From Candidatus Limnocylindrales bacterium (GTDB lineage Bacteria; Chloroflexota; Limnocylindria; Limnocylindrales; CSP1-4), in NCBI GenBank assembly GCA_038329515.1, contig JBBQNA010000003.1, positions 1 to 56,372 of the forward strand: a DNA stretch of 56,372 nt, read 5' to 3'. Every line of letters begins with the position of its first letter. The first letter of the stretch is position 1. The notes beneath the pieces are model-generated. The model worked only from the letters and a program-made list of their open reading frames with translations, made no database searches and was not told where the DNA came from. The translations under genes were made by a program, and so were the position numbers. This document shows positions 1 through 8,400 of this stretch, piece after piece.

Positions 1-654
1 CAGGTTCTGGCGCACGTGCGCGGCGTCGACCTCGATGGTGGTCTTTGGCAGCATCGTCAGCTCGGCGGACTCGATCTTGACGCCCGCGGCCTCAAGGCCC
101 TTGCGTACGATCTCGAGATCCGTCGGTTCGGTCGCGATCTCGATGGGGTCGGACTCGGTGTCCACGTCCACGGCGCCAGCATCGATGGCCAGGAGCGCGA
201 TCTCGTCCGGGTCCACACCCTCACGCACGACGCTGATGATGCCCCGCGGCTCGAACTGCCAGGCGACCGCACCGGAGCCCGCCAGGCTGCCACCGGCCTT
301 GGTGAATACCGCACGCACGTCCGCGGCCGTCCGGTTACGGTTGTTGGTGGCCGTCTCGACCAGGAGTGCGACGCCGCCAGGGCCGTAGCCCTCGTACACG
401 ATCTCCTCGTATTCCTCTGCCTTGTCGCCGCCGCTGGCCTTGTCGATGGCACGCTTGATGATCTCCGCGGGCATGTTGGCGGAGCGTGCCTTGTCAAGCG
501 TCAGCCGCAGGCGGTAATTGGCGTCAGGATCAGGACCGCCGGCACGCGTTGCGATGCCGATCTCGCGCGCGATCTTGGTAAAGACCGCGCCTCGCTTGGC
601 GTCGTTGGCACCCTTCTGGCGCTTGATCTGGGACCACTTGGAATGTCCGGACAT
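1..654 (-). CDS. yebC: YebC/PmpR family protein (3' end runs off the window)
   Basis: Translated by hand from ATG at 654: MSGHSKWSQIKRQKGANDAKRGAVFTK...YEGYGPGGVALLVETATNNRNRTAADVR...GGSLAGSGAVAWQF, the diagnostic YebC motifs. It is absent from the ORF track because there is no stop in the window. Confidence 0.95.
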   Translation of the reverse strand, partial: MSGHSKWSQIKRQKGANDAKRGAVFTKIAREIGIATRAGGPDPDANYRLRLTLDKARSANMPAEIIKRAIDKASGGDKAEEYEEIVYEGYGPGGVALLVETATNNRNRTAADVRAVFTKAGGSLAGSGAVAWQFEPRGIISVVREGVDPDEIALLAIDAGAVDVDTESDPIEIATEPTDLEIVRKGLEAAGVKIESAELTMLPKTTIEVDAAHVRQNL

Positions 655-753
655 CGCGAGCGAGTCTATATGATGCAGCCATCGTCTCGATCAGGACCGG
701 GGACACGGTCTGCCCGAGGACCGCTGCCCCGGTCGCAAGCCGGAGGACGCCGC

Positions 754-2829
754 GTGTCACACGACGAGCCAGCACGCCTGCGCAACGCGGTCCTGGCGGG
801 CCACGCTGGGTCAGGCAAGACCACCCTGGCGGAGCACCTGCTGCACACCACGGGCGCCATCGCGCGCGCTGGTCGGGTGGATGACGGGACAGCGAGCCTG
901 GACTGGGAACCCGAGGAACAGAAGCGGCGCCTGTCGCTGTCGCTCGCTGTGGCCACCTTCAGCCATGACGGACACCGCATCACCATCATCGACACGCCCG
1001 GCTACGCCGACTTCGTGGGCGAGGTCATCGAGGGCTTCAGCGCGGTCGACTCGGCGCTCATCACGATGGACGCGTCCGGCAACGAGTCGGGTGCTGATAC
1101 GGCCATCGGGTTGGGCCGTTCCATGGGCCGACCTGCCCTCTTCGCCATCACGCGCTGTGACCGGGAGCACGCCGACCCCATGGCTGCCGTGGATGCCCTG
1201 CGGGCGGAGTTCGGCAACAAGATCGCACCCCTGCAGGTGGCCATCGGCGCCGGTGAGTCGTTCCGGGGCACCGTGGATGTCGTCCACGGGCGCGCCTGGC
1301 TCCATGAGGCTGGCTCGCGGCGCCAGATACCGGTGCCGGACGACCTCGTGGCCGAGGTCGCGTTGCGACGCGACCAGCTGCTGGAGGCGGCCGCCGAGGC
1401 CGACGACGATGTCCTGGACAAGTACCTCGAGGGCCGCGAGGTGACCGACGAGGAGCTCGAGGCGTGTCTCCACAAGGGGGTCCGGGAGAGCATCCTGGCG
1501 CCGGTGCTGCTGACATCCGCCACGCGTGACATCGGCATCGAGGAGCTCCTGGACGCCATCGTGCGCTATCTCCCCTCCCCCGAGGAGGAGGGACCCATCA
1601 CGGCGCTCGATGGGGCGGGAGACACGGTGGAGGTCGCCGTCGAGCCCGACGGCCCCCTGGTCGCCCAGGTATTCAAGACCATGGCCGACCCGTTCGTTGG
1701 CAAGCTGTCCTGCTTTCGGGTGTGGTCGGGCACGATCCGGTCGCACGACCATGTCTGGAACGCCGAGCGGGGCGAGGAGGAGCGCATCGGCCAGGTCCTC
1801 CGGCTCCACGGCAAGGACCACGAGGCGGTAGGTGAGCTCCGAGCGGGCGACATCGGTGCCGTGGCCAAGCTCGCCCACACCAGCACCGGGGATACCCTCT
1901 CCACCCGCGAGCGGCCACTGCGGCTGGCGCGCATCGCGTTCCCGGAGCCCACCCTGCCGGTGGCCATCGAGCCATCGTCCAAGACCGATGTGGACAAGCT
2001 CAGCACTAGCCTCGGCAGGCTCATCGAGGAGGATCCCACGCTGCGCGTCGAACGTCACGCCGAGACGGGCGAGGAGCTCCTGTGGGCACAGGGCGAGAAC
2101 CAGGTCGCGGTCGCCACCGAGCGGCTGCAGCGCAAGTTCGGCACTGCGGTCGTGACGCGCACGCCCCGGGTCCCGTACCGGGAGACCATCAAGGGCCACG
2201 CCAGGGTGGAAGGGCGGCACAAGAAGCAGACCGGCGGACGCGGCCAGTTCGGCCACGTGTGGCTGGAGCTGGAGCCCAATCCTGGTGGCGGTGTCGCGTT
2301 CGCGGAGCGGATCGTTGGCGGCGTGGTACCCCGGCAGTTCTTCCCGGGTGTCGAGAAGGGCGTCCGGGACGTCGCCGAGAAGGGTCCCATCGCGGGCTAT
2401 CCGGTCATCGACTTCACGGCGACCCTCTACGACGGCTCGTTCCATGCGGTCGACTCGGACGACGTCTCGTTCCGGGTGGCTGGATCGATGGCGACGCGCC
2501 AGGGCATCGGGGAAGCGCAGCCGACGCTCCTGGAGCCGATCATGGAGGTCGAGGTGCGGGTGCCAGAGGCCTTCATGGGCGATGTCAATCGTGACCTCGC
2601 AACGCGCCGCGGCCACGTCCTGGGCATGGACGGTACCGACGGCATCCAGGCGGTCCGGGCGCACGTGCCGATGGCCGAGCTGTTCACCTACGCCACGGAG
2701 CTCCGTTCCATCACGGGCGGTCGGGGCACATTCAGCCAGTCACTGGCGCACTACGCGGAGGTGCCGCCCCACGAGGCGCAGCGAGTCATCGCGGCACATC
2801 GCGCCGAAGCAGCGGGGTCCGGACACTAG
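754..2829 (+). CDS. fusA: Elongation factor G-like protein (EF-G2/FusA2 paralogue)
   Basis: GTG at 754 preceded by GGAGG (742-746). Motifs GHAGSGKTT, DTPGYADF, PYRETI, KKQTGGRGQFGHV, SFHAVDS, LLEPIM and LRSITGGRGTF. The first 246 codons of the 937-aa ORF lie upstream of this start and mostly overlap yebC antisense; they are not part of the gene. Confidence 0.93.
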   Translation: MSHDEPARLRNAVLAGHAGSGKTTLAEHLLHTTGAIARAGRVDDGTASLDWEPEEQKRRLSLSLAVATFSHDGHRITIIDTPGYADFVGEVIEGFSAVDSALITMDASGNESGADTAIGLGRSMGRPALFAITRCDREHADPMAAVDALRAEFGNKIAPLQVAIGAGESFRGTVDVVHGRAWLHEAGSRRQIPVPDDLVAEVALRRDQLLEAAAEADDDVLDKYLEGREVTDEELEACLHKGVRESILAPVLLTSATRDIGIEELLDAIVRYLPSPEEEGPITALDGAGDTVEVAVEPDGPLVAQVFKTMADPFVGKLSCFRVWSGTIRSHDHVWNAERGEEERIGQVLRLHGKDHEAVGELRAGDIGAVAKLAHTSTGDTLSTRERPLRLARIAFPEPTLPVAIEPSSKTDVDKLSTSLGRLIEEDPTLRVERHAETGEELLWAQGENQVAVATERLQRKFGTAVVTRTPRVPYRETIKGHARVEGRHKKQTGGRGQFGHVWLELEPNPGGGVAFAERIVGGVVPRQFFPGVEKGVRDVAEKGPIAGYPVIDFTATLYDGSFHAVDSDDVSFRVAGSMATRQGIGEAQPTLLEPIMEVEVRVPEAFMGDVNRDLATRRGHVLGMDGTDGIQAVRAHVPMAELFTYATELRSITGGRGTFSQSLAHYAEVPPHEAQRVIAAHRAEAAGSGH

Positions 2830-2877
2830 GGCCTGCGCAGCCGGGCATCGGCTGTTGCCCCGGCTGTGGCGCGACGG

Positions 2878-3603
2878 TCAGCTGACGATGGCGAGTGCCG
2901 CCGCCAGGTCGACACGGCCCTCGTACAGCGCTCGGCCCAGGATGGCGCCGCCGTAGCCGGCTGCCGCGAGGTCCTGGATATCCTGCAGGCTTGACACACC
3001 CGCGGACGCGATGACGTGATCGACACCCTCGGCTGCCACAGCGGTCTGCGCCAGCAGGTCCATGTCCGGGCCAGTCAGCAGGCCGTCGCGTGCGATCGCG
3101 GTCACCGCGAACCAGGCGATGCCCGCTGCACGGAGTCGAGTGACGAGGTCGAGCGCCGGCGCACCCGTGGCTCCGGCCGTCCAGCCATCGCCCACCGCCT
3201 GGCCATCCCGGACGTCCACGGCAGCCACGACGTGACTCGCCCCCCAGCGCGTGACGAGGACGTGCGCGAGCTCCGGGTCCCGGATCAGAGCCGTGCCCAG
3301 GACGACACGGTCCACGCCCGAGTCCAGCAGCGAGCCCGCGACCTGCGCGTCACGGATGCCCCCGGCGACCTGGCATGGGATGTCCACCGCGGCCACGATG
3401 CGCTCGATGATGGCTGCCTGGCTGCGCGCTCCATCACGGGCCGCCTCCAGGTCCACGAGGTGGAGGCGGGTCGCGCCCTGCTCGGCCCAGCTGCGTGCGA
3501 CGGCGACCGGATCAGCGGCGTAGTCGGTGACGCGCTCGAAGTCACCCTGCGCCAGCCGGACGACCGCGCCGCCGAGCAGGTCGATGGCCGGGATCAGCTC
3601 CAT
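2878..3603 (-). CDS. hisA: ProFAR isomerase HisA
   Basis: MELIPAIDLLGGAVVRLAQG, LHLVDL, AGGIR, RDGLLTGPD and GRALYEG are HisA barrel motifs; adjacent to the his operon. Confidence 0.95.
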   Translation of the reverse strand: MELIPAIDLLGGAVVRLAQGDFERVTDYAADPVAVARSWAEQGATRLHLVDLEAARDGARSQAAIIERIVAAVDIPCQVAGGIRDAQVAGSLLDSGVDRVVLGTALIRDPELAHVLVTRWGASHVVAAVDVRDGQAVGDGWTAGATGAPALDLVTRLRAAGIAWFAVTAIARDGLLTGPDMDLLAQTAVAAEGVDHVIASAGVSSLQDIQDLAAAGYGGAILGRALYEGRVDLAAALAIVS

Positions 3604-3648
3604 GAGTCGACTCGCCCGCGCAGAGATCCTTCGCCCAGCTCCACATTC

Positions 3649-3836
3649 CGGAATGGCCGAACGGCTCGCTGCTTACCGCGCTCGCCAGCCCTTCCGGCCG
3701 AACCCGCGGGCCCCCGGGAGGAACAAGATCCCGGTGATACCGGGATCAGGTTGCCCCGAGCACTGGGGAGCGGTGGGAGACACGCCACCCGGCACCGCCA
3801 GGTGCGTGGGGGCCGGCCGGACGTTCGCTCATTCCG
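3649..3836. ncRNA. Candidate structured RNA (~188 nt), family unassigned
   Basis: Nested complementary stems: 3649-3663/3822-3836, 3693-3699/3815-3821 and 3709-3715/3808-3814. These enclose hairpins at 3727-3747, 3754-3768, 3772-3789 and 3792-3805. The region is intergenic. Confidence 0.5.
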
Positions 3837-3981
3837 CAGACCTGTGTGGTTGGCTCTCGCGCATGACTGGCCGGGGCCTCGTGCGTCCGAGGACCGTCCT
3901 TGCTCGGCGGACTGTGGTCGTCGTGCTCGCGAGGCGTGCTGCTGTGTCGCCCATCTCATCGCCCTGCTGTCCATATCATCG

Positions 3982-4013
3982 TGCTACTATGCTAACACGC
4001 TACTGTGCTAGCA
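3982..4013. promoter_or_regulatory. Four tandem 8-bp TGCTAGCA-like boxes overlapping divergent -10 elements; putative operator of the adjacent TrpR-family repressor
   Basis: TGCTACTA|TGCTAACA|CGCTACTG|TGCTAGCA. Contains + strand TGC-TACTAT (3982-3990) and TACTGT (4001-4006), and - strand TGT-TAGCAT (3997-3989). It is an AT-rich island in GC-rich DNA. Confidence 0.6.
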
Positions 4014-4026
4014 TGTTGTGGCGGCG

Positions 4027-4066
4027 CGCGCACATGCCCGATGTGCATCGCGCACATGCCCGATGT
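4027..4066 (+). repeat. 18-bp direct repeat x2 (CGCGCACATGCCCGATGT) with 22-bp period; each copy is internally palindromic
   Basis: Identical copies at 4027-4044 and 4049-4066, plus a degenerate third copy CACATGACCAGGTGC at 4072-4086. Confidence 0.85.
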
Positions 4067-4096
4067 ACGGCCACATGACCAGGTGCGAGAGAAACG

Positions 4097-4420
4097 ATGA
4101 CCAGCGAACCAACGGATTGGCGAAGCCCGGCGGTGGACGACCTGCTAGAGGCTATCTCGGCCCTCCCCGACCGGGATGCGACCGGTGTCTTCCTGCGCGA
4201 CTTGTGCACCCTGCGGGAGCTGCATGACATGGCCCAGCGGTGGCAGGTCGTCCAGCTGCTGGACCAGGGCCGCCACTACGCGGAGATCGCGCGCGAGACA
4301 GGCGCCAGCACGGCGACCATCACCCGCATCGCGCAATGGCTGCACCACGGCACCGGCGGCTATCGCGCGGCGCTGGCTCGGGGCGCGGGCGTGGCCACAC
4401 GTGCGGGGATCGAGCGATGA
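4097..4420 (+). CDS. TrpR-like (YerC/YecD, HisR-type) transcriptional repressor
   Basis: FLRDLCTLRELHDMAQRWQVVQLL...YAEIARETGASTATITRIAQWLHHGTGGY is the YerC/YecD TrpR-like signature. Its stop overlaps the hisG start (ATGA). Confidence 0.92.
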   Translation: MTSEPTDWRSPAVDDLLEAISALPDRDATGVFLRDLCTLRELHDMAQRWQVVQLLDQGRHYAEIARETGASTATITRIAQWLHHGTGGYRAALARGAGVATRAGIER

Positions 4421-5328
4421 GTGCACTGTCGACCGCGGCCATGGGCGCTGCCCTCTCCACCGTTCGCGACCCAGCCCGATTGCGTCTGGCCGTACCCAAC
4501 AAGGGCCGGATGCTGGAACCGACGGCCGCCCTGCTGCGTGACGCTGGGCTCGACTTCGAGGATGGTACGCGGGCGCTCGTCGCACGCATCAATACGTTCC
4601 CGCTGGACATCCTGTCGGTGCGGACGGACGACATCGCGGAGTTCGTGGCGGACGGTGTCGCGGACCTGGGCATCACGGGCATCAACCTCCTGCACGAGGC
4701 CGGCGTCGAGCTGCCGGTGCACCTCGAGTTGGGCTATGGCAGATGTCGGCTGGAGACGGCGGTCCCGAATGACAGCCCGGCGAGGTCCCTGGAGGACTTG
4801 CGTGGCCTGCGCATCGCGACCAGCCACCCCAACAGCACCCGTCGCGCATTCGCGGACCGGGGCATCCCGGTGGAGATCATCACCATCAGCGGCGCCGTCG
4901 AGGTGGCGCCCAAGCTGGGCCTCGCGGATGCCATCGTGGACCTGGTGTCCACCGGTTCGACGCTGGTCATGAATGGCCTCCGCTCGGTGGGTGAGCTGCT
5001 GAGCAGCCAGGCGGTCGTGGTCGGGCCGGAACGTCCGGACGCCGGCCGTCGCGAGCTGGCCGAGGAGCTGCTCACGATGCTTGGCGCGGTGGTCGCGGGG
5101 CGCAAGGTCAAGTACCTGATGATGAATGCGCCGAGGACATCCCTGGAAGCCATCGAGGACATCCTGCCGGGCCTGGAGTCGCCCAGCGTCATCCCCCTCG
5201 CCCACGAGGGGATGGTCGCGGTCCACTCGGTCGTGCCCGCGGACCAGGTCCATTCGCTATTGGGTCGCCTCCGCGCGGCCGGCGCCTCGGGCATCCTCGT
5301 GGTGCCCGTGGAGAAGCTGCTGCCATGA
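4417..5328 (+). CDS. hisG: ATP phosphoribosyltransferase, long form
   Basis: LRLAVPNKGR, VRTDDI, DLGITG, GAVEVAP, DAIVDLVSTGSTL and a C-terminal regulatory domain (LPGLESP). ATG at 4417 overlaps the upstream stop. Confidence 0.96.
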   Translation: MSALSTAAMGAALSTVRDPARLRLAVPNKGRMLEPTAALLRDAGLDFEDGTRALVARINTFPLDILSVRTDDIAEFVADGVADLGITGINLLHEAGVELPVHLELGYGRCRLETAVPNDSPARSLEDLRGLRIATSHPNSTRRAFADRGIPVEIITISGAVEVAPKLGLADAIVDLVSTGSTLVMNGLRSVGELLSSQAVVVGPERPDAGRRELAEELLTMLGAVVAGRKVKYLMMNAPRTSLEAIEDILPGLESPSVIPLAHEGMVAVHSVVPADQVHSLLGRLRAAGASGILVVPVEKLLP

Positions 5329-6683
5329 GCGTCGAGAACCTCACCCGGATGCGACGCGTCCGGTTGGCGGAGCTGACGGCCGCCGAGTTGGACGGAATCC
5401 TGACGCGTGCCACGACGGTCACCCCGGAACTCCGCGAGCGGGTCCGGGCGATCATCGCGGATGTCCGCGCCGGTGGCGATGCCGCGCTGCGTGACGCGGG
5501 CGCTCGCTTCGGTGGTGGGCTGCCGAGTGTCGGCGATGCGCCGCCACGCATCTCGATCCCCGCGGACGAGTTGCGGGTCGCACGTGACCGGCTGCCACGC
5601 GACCTGCGGCGTGGCCTGGACGAGATGGCCCGCAACATCGAGCGCTTCCACGTGGTCCAGGTGCCGCCGGCAGAACAGTGGGTCGAGGTACGCCCCGGTG
5701 TGAACGTCGGGCGTGTCTGGCGCGGCCTTGACCGGGTCGCCGCCTATGTTCCCGGTGGCACCGCGCCGCTGCCGTCATCGCTGCTCATGAGCGCCATCCC
5801 GGCGCGCCTGGCCGGCGTCCGGGAGCTGGTCGTGGCCACGCCCACCGGCCGCGATGGCACGGTCTCCCCTGCGCTGCTGGGCGCCGCGGGGCTCATGGAT
5901 GTGCAGGAGCTGTACGTCATGGGCGGCGCACAGGCGATCGCCGCGCTGGCGTACGGCACCGAGACCATCCGGCCCGTGGACAAGATCGTCGGCCCCGGCA
6001 GTGCCTGGGTCACAGAGGCCAAGCTCCAGGTCCTCGACCGCGCTGCCATCGACATGCCCGCCGGACCCACGGAGGTCATGGTCGTGGCGGATGACACCGC
6101 GGACCCGGTCCACGTGGCGGCCGACCTCATCAGCGAGGCCGAGCACGGTCCCGACTCGCCCGTGGTCCTGGTCACGACATCGGTCGGTGTGGCGGATGCC
6201 ATCGAGGACCAGATCGCCATCCAGCTGCCCCGACTCGAGCGGCAGTCGGAGATCGTGACGGCGCTGTCCCGGGGCACGGTGGTCATCGCCGACGATGTGG
6301 CGGCCGCGCTCACCTTCGCGGACGCCTACGCACCCGAGCACCTGTCCGTGCTGATCGCCGACGACGACGCGGCGCTTCGAACCTTGCGACACGCGGGCTC
6401 GTTGTTCCTTGGCGGCTACTCACCCGAAGCCGCGGGCGACTACGCCACCGGATCGAACCACGTGTTGCCGACCGCCGGCCTCGCCCGAGCGTACGGCGCG
6501 CTGTCGGTCGAGACCTTCGGGCGCTGGATGCAGGTGCAGCGGCTCACGAAGGCGGGACTGGCGTCCATCCGTGACAGCGTCGCGGTGGTCGCCGACGCCG
6601 AGGGCCTGACCGCCCATCGGCGGGCCGTGGACATCCGCTTCGACGCCGAACCCACGACCGCCACTTCGGAGGAGCGACGCTGA
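5325..6683 (+). CDS. hisD: Histidinol dehydrogenase
   Basis: YVPGGTA, GGAQAIAALAYGT, KIVGPG, IDMPAGPTE, EAEHG, APEHL, GDYATGSNHVLPT. Confidence 0.97.
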   Translation: MSVENLTRMRRVRLAELTAAELDGILTRATTVTPELRERVRAIIADVRAGGDAALRDAGARFGGGLPSVGDAPPRISIPADELRVARDRLPRDLRRGLDEMARNIERFHVVQVPPAEQWVEVRPGVNVGRVWRGLDRVAAYVPGGTAPLPSSLLMSAIPARLAGVRELVVATPTGRDGTVSPALLGAAGLMDVQELYVMGGAQAIAALAYGTETIRPVDKIVGPGSAWVTEAKLQVLDRAAIDMPAGPTEVMVVADDTADPVHVAADLISEAEHGPDSPVVLVTTSVGVADAIEDQIAIQLPRLERQSEIVTALSRGTVVIADDVAAALTFADAYAPEHLSVLIADDDAALRTLRHAGSLFLGGYSPEAAGDYATGSNHVLPTAGLARAYGALSVETFGRWMQVQRLTKAGLASIRDSVAVVADAEGLTAHRRAVDIRFDAEPTTATSEERR

Positions 6684-7807
6684 TGGCTGCCGCAGCCCCC
6701 GCCACTGCCCCGGTCTCGCAGGTCTACACATGGGAGCCGTCCAACCCGGTGCTCGCTGCGCGATACGGCCTGCGACCCGAGGACATCCTGCGCTTCGACC
6801 TCAACACCTCGCCCCTGCCGGCACCGGACATCGCGGCCGCGTTGGCGGGTCCGTTCGATCCGCCCCTCAACGAATACCCCGACAGCATGTACGTCGGAGT
6901 GGTCGATGCTGCCGCGGCGTACGTCGGCGTGGACGCATCGAACATCGTCGTGGGCGCCGGCGCCGACGAGGTGCTGGACATCATCGCCAAGACGTTCCTC
7001 CCGGCGGGTGGCCGGGCCGTGGTGCCCATCCCCACGTATGCCATGTACGGCGTGCTGACCACGCAGCGGGCCGCCACCCTCGACGCCGTCCTGCGTCGGC
7101 CGGTGAGCGAGGGTTTCGGCATCGACCTGGAGCAGTTCCTGCCCCGCCTGGCCGGCGCTGACCTTGCCTGGCTGTGTGCTCCCAACAACCCCACGGGCGC
7201 ACCCGAGCCGATGAGTGCCATCGTCGCGGTCCTCGAGGCCGCGGCACAGCTGGGCAGTAACGGACCGATGATCGTCGTCGATGAGGCGTACGCGGAGTTC
7301 TCGCCGGAGACGTCGGTTTCGCTCATCGACCGCTACCCGGGTCTCATCGTCGTGCGCACGGTATCCAAGGCATTCGCCCTCGCGGGCATGCGGGTCGGCT
7401 ATGCCATCGCGCAGCGACCCACTATCGAGCGCCTGGAGCGTCTCCGGCCTCCGGGCAGCATCTCGACCGTGTCCGCCGCGGTCGCGGCCGCAGCCCTGCG
7501 AGCCCCGGACGTGGCGCGCCGCAACGCCGCGACCCTCATCGTGGAGCGCCTGTGGTTGGCCGATCGGCTCGCGGACGTGGGCTTGCCGGCGTATCCCAGC
7601 ATCACCAACTTCGTGCTCGTGCCCATCGGCTCGGTGGGTGCGGCAGAGGACCTGACCGAGACGCTGCTGCGCGCGGGCATCGTGACCCGAACCTTCGGGC
7701 CCGCCAATCCGCTTCGCGGCCACCTGCGGCTGACCGTTCGTACCCGCCCCGAGAACGAGCGCCTGCTCGAGGTGCTCCAGACATGGCAGGCAGGGAGGCC
7801 CGCATGA
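6683..7807 (+). CDS. hisC: Histidinol-phosphate aminotransferase
   Basis: GADEVL, PNNPTG, VVDEAYAEF, RTVSKAFALAGMRVGY (PLP lysine). Confidence 0.95.
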   Translation: MAAAAPATAPVSQVYTWEPSNPVLAARYGLRPEDILRFDLNTSPLPAPDIAAALAGPFDPPLNEYPDSMYVGVVDAAAAYVGVDASNIVVGAGADEVLDIIAKTFLPAGGRAVVPIPTYAMYGVLTTQRAATLDAVLRRPVSEGFGIDLEQFLPRLAGADLAWLCAPNNPTGAPEPMSAIVAVLEAAAQLGSNGPMIVVDEAYAEFSPETSVSLIDRYPGLIVVRTVSKAFALAGMRVGYAIAQRPTIERLERLRPPGSISTVSAAVAAAALRAPDVARRNAATLIVERLWLADRLADVGLPAYPSITNFVLVPIGSVGAAEDLTETLLRAGIVTRTFGPANPLRGHLRLTVRTRPENERLLEVLQTWQAGRPA

Positions 7808-8400
7808 CCACGACCAATCGGACCGCCGTCCGCGAGCGCACCACCCGTGAGACGACCATCCGCGTCAGCGTCGACCTGGACGGCTCCGGCCGCTCGGACA
7901 TCAGCACGGGTGTCGGCTTCTACGACCACCTGCTGACGTCGCTGGCGCACCACTCGCTGATCGACATCGAGATCGCTGCCACAGGCGACCTGCACATCGA
8001 CGAGCACCACACCGTCGAGGACGTGGCGCTCGTCCTGGGTGATGCCATCTCGGCGGCGCTCGGCGACCGGGTCGGCATCAGCCGGTTCGGGGACGCGGTC
8101 GTGCCCATGGATGACGCGCTCGCGAGCGTGGCCCTGGACCTGTCCGGTCGGCCATACGCCGTACTCGACCTGACGTTCCGGGGCGAGCGGGTCGGGGCAC
8201 TGTCGACCCAGCTCGTGGAGCACATCCTGGAGTCGCTGGCGCGGACGCTGGCCGCCAACCTGCATGTCACGGCATCTGGCCGCAACGATCACCACATCGC
8301 TGAGGCCATCTTCAAGGCCCTCGCCCGGTCGTTGCGCGAGGCAGTGGCCATGGACCCGCGGCGCACCGGCATCGCATCCACGAAGGGCTCCCTGGGGTGA
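7804..8400 (+). CDS. hisB: Imidazoleglycerol-phosphate dehydratase (monofunctional)
   Basis: RTTRET, GDLHIDEHHTVED, PMDD, NDHHIAEAIFKA, STKG. ATG at 7804 overlaps the hisC stop. Confidence 0.96.
   Translation: MTTTNRTAVRERTTRETTIRVSVDLDGSGRSDISTGVGFYDHLLTSLAHHSLIDIEIAATGDLHIDEHHTVEDVALVLGDAISAALGDRVGISRFGDAVVPMDDALASVALDLSGRPYAVLDLTFRGERVGALSTQLVEHILESLARTLAANLHVTASGRNDHHIAEAIFKALARSLREAVAMDPRRTGIASTKGSLG

Noticed and set aside
16-753. Apparent 246-aa N-terminal extension of EF-G
   Set aside because: It is mostly the antisense shadow of yebC; a good SD plus GTG exists at 754.
2878-3603. hisA as a bifunctional PriA
   Set aside because: It has AGGIR rather than the SGGIR I associate with PriA, and there is no other sequence support; it cannot be decided without phylogeny.
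3697-3814. Resemblance of GCCGAACCC...CGGGAGGAAC...TGGGG to the c-di-AMP (ydaO) riboswitch
   Set aside because: The 3' conserved CAGCUAAC segment and the strand needed to pair with CGGGAG are absent, and the gene context does not fit; kept only as an unassigned structure.
3594-3974. 126-aa minus-strand ORF upstream of hisA
   Set aside because: Arg/Pro/Gly-rich with no recognisable motifs, and it overlaps the structured element; likely spurious in high-GC DNA.
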